From IMG/VR virus record IMGVR_UViG_3300029566_000029: a DNA stretch of 42,726 bases; one strand, given 5' to 3'. The first letter of the stretch is position 1; every line of letters begins with the position of its first letter. Shown one piece after another: positions 32,694-38,812 of this stretch. The notes beneath the pieces were generated by a model. The model had not been told where the DNA came from. It made no database searches and saw only the letters and a list, made by a program, of their open reading frames with translations. A program made the translations under genes and the position numbers. The DNA is from a virus.

Positions 32694-32850
32694 GTTCATT
32701 AAACCATATCGGACCGAAGCGGTAGCTGATGACGTAGCCGGAGCCGGACGGGCCGACGGGTTGCGCGTTGAGCATCGCAGCGCGACATCCAGCAGCGAAG
32801 GACGCCGCCAGCGCGGCGGCGATGATGATGGCGGCAAATGCTTTCTTCAT
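32683..32850 (-). CDS. Small lipoprotein (55 aa)
   Basis: ATG 32850 follows AAGGAGG. The signal peptide and lipobox are MKKAFAAIIIAAALAASFAAGC. It is the last gene before attP. Confidence 0.7.
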   Translation of the reverse strand: MKKAFAAIIIAAALAASFAAGCRAAMLNAQPVGPSGSGYVISYRFGPIWFNELYD

Positions 32851-32855
32851 GGTGT

Positions 32856-33233
32856 TTAGTCCTCCTTGTTGGCTCTTCGGATGATCTCGGCCAGAATCTT
32901 GTCGCGGTTCTCGTTTGTGGCGGGCAGCATCCAATCGAAGTCAAGCACCAGGCGCTTGCCGCTCTCGTGTAGCTTGGTGGTGGGGTTGTAGCGGCCCCAG
33001 CATCCGCGCTCATCGTAAACGTAAACATCTACAGACCAGTAGGACGGCAGCACGTAGGAAATGAAGCCGTGACGGTGCCAGAGGTTGGGCAAGCTATTTT
33101 TATAGCTGTTGTCGGGGTGGATGGCGGTAAAATCAACCGCGACGGTTTCGCCGCGCGGGGTAGTCCCGGCGAAGTTGTAGGTGGTGAGCGTGGCGGTTCG
33201 CTCTTGGATGGTGCAATCTTTCAAGTCGATCAT
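32856..33233 (-). CDS. Hypothetical protein (125 aa)
   Basis: ATG 33233 follows AAAGGAG. The 174-aa track version lacks an RBS. Confidence 0.6.
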   Translation of the reverse strand: MIDLKDCTIQERTATLTTYNFAGTTPRGETVAVDFTAIHPDNSYKNSLPNLWHRHGFISYVLPSYWSVDVYVYDERGCWGRYNPTTKLHESGKRLVLDFDWMLPATNENRDKILAEIIRRANKED

Positions 33234-33303
33234 GTTATTAACTCCTTTTCTGTTTTTGGATATGGGGCGAGGCTGCTTTGCGCTGTGCAGCCCTGCGAGA
33301 GTT

Positions 33304-33768
33304 TCAGCGGTGGACAAGTCCATAATAGAAGTGCTGCAGGCCGTGACGGACAAAAGCCATATATAGCAGCCCTTGTGCATCGCTGCTGTGCGGTTCGCCC
33401 ATCAAAAAACCCTTGTGACCATCGCGGCGCAGATCGCGCGGCAGGCTGTACGGTGGCATGCAGTTCAGCATATCGTCATACACATCGGCGGTAATGGCCT
33501 GGCCTGGGCGGGCGTTAAACGTTCCACTGCGCTCCCAGTCGGCGCGGGTGTAGGTGCCGGCGGTGGGCCGGTCGGCGGCCAGGTCGCAGTAGTGGTTGAA
33601 AATCAAGCGGGCGTCCTTCGGGTCGTGGGTGTGGTAGCACTCGATTTCCAGGCCGTCGGGGTACATGGCCATTACTTCAATATAGCCACATTCGGCGGTG
33701 AGGTCTGCCGCGTCGATGATGATCTTGCGGCCTTGCCAGGTGGTTTCGGTGTGGTGTAGGGTTTTCAT
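33304..33768 (-). CDS. Hypothetical protein (154 aa)
   Basis: ATG follows AAAGGAG. I recognise no motif. Confidence 0.65.
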   Translation of the reverse strand: MKTLHHTETTWQGRKIIIDAADLTAECGYIEVMAMYPDGLEIECYHTHDPKDARLIFNHYCDLAADRPTAGTYTRADWERSGTFNARPGQAITADVYDDMLNCMPPYSLPRDLRRDGHKGFLMGEPHSSDAQGLLYMAFVRHGLQHFYYGLVHR

Positions 33769-33834
33769 GGTGTAAATCTCCTTTTCAATTTTGTAGTGGG
33801 ATAGGGTCGCTTTGCTGTGCGGCCCTGCAAGGTA

Positions 33835-34368
33835 TCAGGCGGGAATGGTTTCGCGGTCGCGGGTCTGGTAGCTCTGGCCGCTGTACTTGTTATAGATGTC
33901 TTGGTAGCTGGCTTTACGGTTCCGGCGGCTGGTGTCGCCGGTGGGGTGCCAGTAGTACTTGCAGCGGTTAGCAGACCAACGGAAACCGAGCTTCTCGAGG
34001 GTGTGAAGCCACTTGTGGTTTGTGTCGGCCCAAATCCAGGAGCCGACAACGTCGAACTGCAAACCGGGGCACTTGGCCAGCTCTTCGACCATCTTGACGG
34101 TCTCTGCATCTTGCGCGGCCTTGGCGGCATCATCTGCCGCTTTGGTCTGCTCGTACTGCTGGCGGCCTTGCTTGGCCTGCTCACTGCAGAAGCGGGGAAG
34201 CGTGGGCTTCAGCTCGTCCCATTCGGCGTTGATTTCCTGCATGTCGGAGACGCTTCCGCCGTGATCGGGGTGATGCTTGCTGGCTAGGTCTCGATACATC
34301 GCGGTGCCTTCGGTGATGGTGCTGGGGCGGGGGTTAAACCATTTATATGTTTTATATGTGGTAGTCAT
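33835..34368 (-). CDS. J-domain (DnaJ-like HPD) protein
   Basis: ATG 34368 follows AGGAGG. The J-domain core is YRDLASKHHPDHGGSVSDMQEINAEWDEL, with HPD encoded at 34264-34272. The C-terminus is GSWIWADTNHKWLHTLEKLGFRWSANRCKYYWHP. Confidence 0.7.
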   Translation of the reverse strand: MTTTYKTYKWFNPRPSTITEGTAMYRDLASKHHPDHGGSVSDMQEINAEWDELKPTLPRFCSEQAKQGRQQYEQTKAADDAAKAAQDAETVKMVEELAKCPGLQFDVVGSWIWADTNHKWLHTLEKLGFRWSANRCKYYWHPTGDTSRRNRKASYQDIYNKYSGQSYQTRDRETIPA

Positions 34369-34419
34369 TTTGTAGGCCTCCTGTTTTGTTTGGTGGGGTT
34401 GTTTGCTTTCGATGTCTGT

Positions 34420-34448
34420 ATTATACATGCTAGCATGAACAATGTCAA
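34420..34448 (-). promoter_or_regulatory. Leftward consensus promoter TTGACA-17-TATAAT for the J-domain operon
   Basis: On the minus strand the -35 is at 34443-34448 and the -10 at 34420-34425. The 17-nt spacer contains the palindrome CATGCTAGCATG. Confidence 0.7.
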
Positions 34449-34522
34449 CATGCTATCATGAAGATTGGAGAAATGCACAATAATGCTAGCATGAATTTAT
34501 GCGATTTGTACATGCTTGCATG
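34426..34522. promoter_or_regulatory. Four palindromic operators (CATGCTAGCATG family)
   Basis: The copies are 34426-34437 CATGCTAGCATG, 34449-34460 CATGCTATCATG, 34482-34493 AATGCTAGCATG and 34511-34522 CATGCTTGCATG. Confidence 0.75.
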
Positions 34523-34544
34523 ATTCGGCGCTCTGTGCTATAAT
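34516..34544 (+). promoter_or_regulatory. Rightward promoter TTGCAT-17-TATAAT for the RHH gene
   Basis: The -35 is at 34516-34521, inside the operator 34511-34522. The -10 is at 34539-34544. Confidence 0.65.
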
Positions 34545-34574
34545 GTGGGTACTATACAAAAGGAGGCACGCAGA

Positions 34575-34775
34575 ATGTCCACCGATGCAAAACGGGCCGG
34601 GAATGCGCGATACTTGGCAAAGCTGAAAACTATTACAGTAAGGATGCAGCCGGATACAGCGGAAACTATCCAGCAGGCAGCAGCAGCAGCCGGGGAAAGC
34701 GTGAACGGCTATATCCTGGCGGCGATTGATGAGCGCATGCAACGCGAAAACCACGATAAACCGAAAAACACTTGA
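34575..34775 (+). CDS. Ribbon-helix-helix (Arc/Mnt/CopG-like) repressor
   Basis: ATG 34575 follows AAGGAGG. KTITVRMQPDTAETIQQAAAAAGESVNGYILAAIDERM fits the beta-strand/helix/helix pattern. Palindromic operators lie adjacent. Confidence 0.7.
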   Translation: MSTDAKRAGNARYLAKLKTITVRMQPDTAETIQQAAAAAGESVNGYILAAIDERMQRENHDKPKNT

Positions 34776-34801
34776 CAAAATCGCACTTGCATGCTAAAAT
34801 G
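34772..34801 (+). promoter_or_regulatory. Rightward promoter TTGACA-17-TAAAAT plus fifth operator copy
   Basis: The -35 at 34772-34777 overlaps the RHH stop codon. The -10 is at 34795-34800. CATGCTAAAATG at 34790-34801 matches the operator at 10 of 12 positions. Confidence 0.6.
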
Positions 34802-34897
34802 TGTATAATGAGCGAACCACGCGAGGAAGCGAGCTTCCGCGACGGGGCTCACTCATTATACAGTTTTAACGTATCAACGCGAAAAATTGGGTTTCTG

Positions 34898-34928
34898 GCG
34901 TCCAGCTTTACCGCTGGGCGCTTTTTTT
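34898..34928 (+). terminator. Intrinsic terminator in the leader upstream of terS
   Basis: A 9-bp stem, GCGTCCAGC / GCTGGGCGC (one G-U), is followed by TTTTTTT. It ends 26 nt before the terS ATG. Confidence 0.75.
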
Positions 34929-34953
34929 GTTGCTATAAAAGGAGGGCGGCAAC

Positions 34954-35508
34954 ATGGCAGAAAAGAAGGCGGCGCAGGCCGTCCAGCAGATGAGCAAGGC
35001 GCAGCAGGGTGTTGAACGAGCGAGACGGCAGGCAGAGCGCGGGGAACTGGTGGACAGTCTCGGCCGAGTGGTTAAACCGTCGCAGATTGCGGCGCTGTCT
35101 CCAAAATCCATAGGAGACCAGCCAGCAGAACGCAAGCGGGCAATTCAACAGGCAGGAGCAGCAGCAAGCAACGAGCTACAAGCGAAGAGACGGACTATTA
35201 AGGACATCTACAACGACTTACTGCAGCAGCCAGACGACATTACAGGGATAGAGGATCAGGAGCTAGCAGAGAGGGCACAACAGCGAGCACAACAGCAGGG
35301 GAAAGCAATAACCGTATACGACAGTATTGCTATTGCGATGGCGGCAAAAGCGAAGGCCGGAGACGTCAAAGCGGCGGTGTTTGTGCGGGATTCGGCAGGG
35401 GATAAACCGGCTGACCAGATGGAGATTACAGCCGAAGCGGTGACAGATGCGGATAGAGAATTGATGCAGAATATACAGAAGCGGCTACAAAAGAACGATA
35501 ATGCGTAA
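34954..35508 (+). CDS. Terminase small subunit candidate
   Basis: RBS AAAGGAGGG. The product is 184 aa and charged. The AKAGDVKAAVFVRDSAGDKP motif is recalled from Firmicutes TerS proteins. It is the first gene of the packaging block. Confidence 0.5.
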   Translation: MAEKKAAQAVQQMSKAQQGVERARRQAERGELVDSLGRVVKPSQIAALSPKSIGDQPAERKRAIQQAGAAASNELQAKRRTIKDIYNDLLQQPDDITGIEDQELAERAQQRAQQQGKAITVYDSIAIAMAAKAKAGDVKAAVFVRDSAGDKPADQMEITAEAVTDADRELMQNIQKRLQKNDNA

Positions 35509-35935
35509 ATTTGCTGTTCGCTAAATAAGTATTTAGCGAAATACAGCCGAGAAAAGCGGGCACATGCAGCATAAAGAGGAAGCCGAAAGCCTGCCGGGGG
35601 TGCATTGCATCAAGGCGGGGCGGGGCTTCTTTTTTTATGGGGCTGTCCAGCGGCAGGCAGCAGGGGACCGGGGGTACCCCCTATAAAGGGGGAGGCGGGG
35701 TTCATAGACAGCGCGGCCGGGTACGAATATGTCAGTTCCCCCACCGAATACAAAAATAAAATTTACCCACCCCCCCATGCAGGGACATGCCGAAAAAACT
35801 GACAGGTTCCCCAGAACAAAAATGATATAAAGTATATCCCGGCGCGGAAGTAAGTTAACCTCCTACTTACTATTTGGATTAGGGCCGTCCGCTTCAAGAC
35901 CCAGCGGCCACTATATGAAAAATGTGAGGGTAATT

Positions 35936-36202
35936 ATGAAAGAGTTACGCGACACTATTCAGGGTATGACAAGCGGTGATTACAACCAGCGTTTCATTGC
36001 GGAGTACGAGCAGACAAAAATTCGTTACGAGAAACTAAAAGCACTAAATACAAAAATTGAAGCACATAAACGTAACGTTTATACTTTTGAGCCGAAACAC
36101 GACTGCCCATACGACGTTTTAAGAGAACAGCAGACTGCAATGGGTCAATATCTGCACATTCTGGAATTAAGGGCTGTTCTCGAGAACATTGAATTGAATT
36201 GA
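35936..36202 (+). CDS. Small helical protein (88 aa), crAss001_48-related-like family candidate
   Basis: ATG 35936 lies 6 nt after GTGAGGG. The pattern is EYEQTKIRYEKL...LREQQTAMGQYLHILELRAVLENI. The insert is AT-rich and has its own terminator. Confidence 0.55.
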   Translation: MKELRDTIQGMTSGDYNQRFIAEYEQTKIRYEKLKALNTKIEAHKRNVYTFEPKHDCPYDVLREQQTAMGQYLHILELRAVLENIELN

Positions 36203-36207
36203 TGCAA

Positions 36208-36240
36208 AGCGTTCTGCTACGGCAGGGCGCTTTTTTATTT
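36208..36240 (+). terminator. Rho-independent terminator with UACG tetraloop
   Basis: A 10-bp stem, AGCGTTCTGC / GCAGGGCGCT (two G-U), has loop TACG and is followed by TTTTTT. Confidence 0.75.
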
Positions 36241-37060
36241 GCTGCATAGCTGACCATTTTGGTGACGTTACCAAGATGGTATGAGCGCTGCGTTCCGAAG
36301 CAACGGCGCGGCAAAGGTGCAAGACCTATGTGCAGTACCAATGCCGATGATACGGGTAAAGGTAGCAGGGCCGGACGCTGCAATTGTGTTCCCCGTTAGG
36401 CAACCGCCACGAGCCTACTGACAGTGCGTAACATGTGGCGGGTTCTGCAATACAGGGTGGCTCTCTGCCGTGGAAGTCGGCCAACTTTAGCTGAAACATT
36501 GCTATGGATTGCCAAGCCAAACAGGTTCATGCCGATATGCCCCGCTAAAGAAATTTGCAGGGCAGAGCGCATGAGCCTTATATGCCAACATAGCTTAACT
36601 GGTAAAGCCGGGCCTTATGACAGCATAGCTGCGGGTTTAGTTGTAGGTTCAAATCCTGCTGTTGGCGAAAGCTGGGTCGCTCCCACCGGTGAAAGCCCGG
36701 CGCAGGCAAAACGCGATAGATCAACCTAAACGCTGTAAGCAAAGCGGCAAGCCGATCAGGAGCGCGGCGCGATGGCAAGACGCAACGGGACTTCGAGAGC
36801 CTGAAAAAGTCTGCCCGGCATCTGCTTGTGCGGACTCCGTTACTGACGCAGTTACGCATCGCCGAAACCCATTACATCAAAGCAGAACCGCGAATCCGCA
36901 CGCGGGGGATAAATGCAGCGGATGAAAAAAACGTGTGGACAGCAGGCACGTTAAATTCTGACTGTACAAAAGCGTTGCGGATTTGCTCACCGCAACGGGT
37001 GAGACCGGCACAGCATAAACCGGTAGGGCGGGTATGGGGAATTTTGAGGTAGAGAAATGG
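36241..37060 (+). ncRNA. Candidate large structured ncRNA (boundaries approximate)
   Basis: No RBS-preceded ORF is present on either strand in an otherwise tightly packed genome, and the composition is GC-rich. Helices paired by hand are 36253-36280, 36285-36309, 36402-36444 and 36973-36997. Many GNRA-type loops are present, plus an embedded tRNA-like cloverleaf. Confidence 0.5.
36584..36667 (+). ncRNA. tRNA-like element with non-canonical anticodon arm
   Basis: The 7-bp acceptor stem is GCCAACA / TGTTGGC. The D-arm is GCTT-AACTGGTA-AAGC. The T-arm is GTAGG-TTCAAAT-CCTGC. The anticodon position holds a 29-nt arm (GGGCC...GGTTT with an inner CAGC-ata-GCTG hairpin) in place of a 5-bp stem and 7-nt loop. 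CCA is not encoded. Confidence 0.5.
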
Positions 37061-37224
37061 ATTGCAGGTTAGATTTTGAGATTTACGGAAAATCATTCTT
37101 TCTGTTGCCGTCGCTTTCGTTTTTGCATGACAACATGGTGTATGCGAGACCGAACTTTGCAATCAAGTTTGATTGGTTGGTTTTTCACGCAAGACTTTTG
37201 CTGTTTTGCTGAAAGCGGGGTGAT

Positions 37225-38718
37225 GTGTTGACGCTGGAAGAGATGCGGGAGCTTGAGCGCGAGGCGTGCAGGAAAGACCCGGTGTATTTTTGCGAAACAT
37301 ATTGCCACATTGAGGACAAGGACGCAGATGAGCTGATACAGCCGTTTACGCTGTGGGATGGGCAAAAGAAAGCACTGGTCGTGTTTGCCGAGAACCGGCT
37401 TGTTTGCGTGCTGAAAGCGCGTCAGTTGGGCTTTACATGGCTGGCGCTGGCAGAGGTGGCGCGGCTTGTGGCGCTGAATACAGGCCGTACCGCCATAGGT
37501 TTGAGCCGGTCAGAGGACGAGGCCAAAGAGCTTGTGCGCCGCTTGGCTGTGATACTGCGGTACATGCCGGGGCTTATCCGCGAAGTGGACACGCCGGGCG
37601 GCAGCGTTGCAGGCTGGACAGGGCCGGTATTCTACAAAAGCACAATGCAGGTGGTTGTGATGTGGCCGGACGGCCCGGAGAGCGTGTTTAAGGCGTTCCC
37701 ATCCAGCCCTGCGGCTGGCCGTTCGTTTACTGCCGACTTGATTGTGATAGACGAATGGGCGTTCCAGCAGTATGCCGAAGAGATTTGGCAGGCTGCATAC
37801 CCGGTTATCAACCGACCGTTCGGCGGGCGGGTCATCGGCTTGTCTACTATCAAGCTGGGAACGCTGTTTGAGGAAATCTACACGAACCCCGGCAACGGCT
37901 TTACCAAGCTGTTTTTGCCCTGGTCAACTGACCCGCGCCGTACCGAAAAATGGTACGCACAGACGGTCGCTGCGCTGGGCGAGGATAAAACGATGCAGGA
38001 GTACCCTGCAACAGAGGAAGAAGCGCTCTCCGCCCCCGGAGGGCGCTTTTTTAGTGAGCTTGATAAAGATGCCCACTTGGTTGATGCACCGCCCACAGGG
38101 CCGCTAAGACGCTATGTGGCGATAGATTATGGCCTTGATATGTTGGCGGCAATCTGGATTGCCGTTGACCCGAACAACCATGCAACGGTGTACCGGGTAG
38201 ACGGCGGGCCGAACAAGACCATTGGCGAAGCGGCGGATTTGATTTTGCGAGATTCCGAAGGCGAAGAAATTGATATGTACCTTGCGCCGCCTGATTTGTG
38301 GAACCGCAGCCAGGAGAGCGGCAAGAGCCGTGCGCAGCTGTTCAGCGAAGCGCATCTGCCGTTGGTGCAAAGTTCCCGCGATTTTCCTGCCGGGTGTGCG
38401 GCCATGAAACAGTGGCTGCGCAAGGACGAGAAAACAGGGAAAGGGTATCTGACGTTCTATAAGCCGGGCAAGTTGTGGACGTGCCTGACGAAGATACAGA
38501 AAGACGACAAAAATGCCGACGTGTATGCGAAAAATCCGCATGGATTGACGCATTTCCCGGATGCTTTACGCTATTTTTGCGTTTGGTGGACGAGCCCGGC
38601 GAAAAAGCCGGTGAATATCAAAAAGCGGCCGTGGACGGCAGATATGTACGAGGACTACCGAAATGCCAATGCGGAAGAGCGAAAGATGCTGATGGAAAGG
38701 TGGGGACACCCTGCATGA
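37225..38718 (+). CDS. terL: Terminase large subunit
   Basis: Walker A-like VLKARQLGFTW and Walker B LIVIDEWAF are present, with nuclease-domain Asp motifs (YVAIDYGLD). The start is GTG 37225, or ATG 37243. Confidence 0.9.
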   Translation: MLTLEEMRELEREACRKDPVYFCETYCHIEDKDADELIQPFTLWDGQKKALVVFAENRLVCVLKARQLGFTWLALAEVARLVALNTGRTAIGLSRSEDEAKELVRRLAVILRYMPGLIREVDTPGGSVAGWTGPVFYKSTMQVVVMWPDGPESVFKAFPSSPAAGRSFTADLIVIDEWAFQQYAEEIWQAAYPVINRPFGGRVIGLSTIKLGTLFEEIYTNPGNGFTKLFLPWSTDPRRTEKWYAQTVAALGEDKTMQEYPATEEEALSAPGGRFFSELDKDAHLVDAPPTGPLRRYVAIDYGLDMLAAIWIAVDPNNHATVYRVDGGPNKTIGEAADLILRDSEGEEIDMYLAPPDLWNRSQESGKSRAQLFSEAHLPLVQSSRDFPAGCAAMKQWLRKDEKTGKGYLTFYKPGKLWTCLTKIQKDDKNADVYAKNPHGLTHFPDALRYFCVWWTSPAKKPVNIKKRPWTADMYEDYRNANAEERKMLMERWGHPA

Positions 38719-38812
38719 TCGAATTTTGGTTGAACGCGCAGCCCTGTTTTAGAATTTGCCGCTATTACGGCGGCAAGGTACGGAACAGCATTTTGGTAAT
38801 GGAGGGGATTTT

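Noticed and set aside
29329-34560. A LexA/Cheo box (GAAC-N4-GTTC) controlling the switch or the RHH node.
   Set aside because: Reading the regulatory gaps by eye I found only non-matching near-misses, for example GAACAATGTCAAC at 34437-34449. A matrix search would be needed to exclude weaker sites.
34772-34993. 73-aa ORF spanning the terS leader.
   Set aside because: It has a non-ATG start overlapping the promoter -35. It reads through the leader hairpin, the terminator and the terS RBS/start in another frame.
35605-35802. 65-aa ORF in the gap after terS.
   Set aside because: It has a non-ATG start and no RBS. It runs straight through a T-run and hairpins, and its product is Gly/Pro-rich low-complexity sequence.
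36584-36667. Calling this a functional tRNA gene.
   Set aside because: The acceptor, D and T arms are fine, but no 5-bp anticodon stem with a 7-nt loop can be drawn. The would-be anticodon AUG would also be atypical. I kept it as a tRNA-like element only.
36326-37365. Short ORFs on both strands within the candidate ncRNA region (36326..36520, 36424..36729, 36578..36859, 36662..36925, 36828..37052, 36872..37162, 37093..37365).
   Set aside because: They overlap one another and none has a Shine-Dalgarno sequence. Their products are Arg/Cys/Pro-rich, so they look like chance frames in structured GC-rich DNA.
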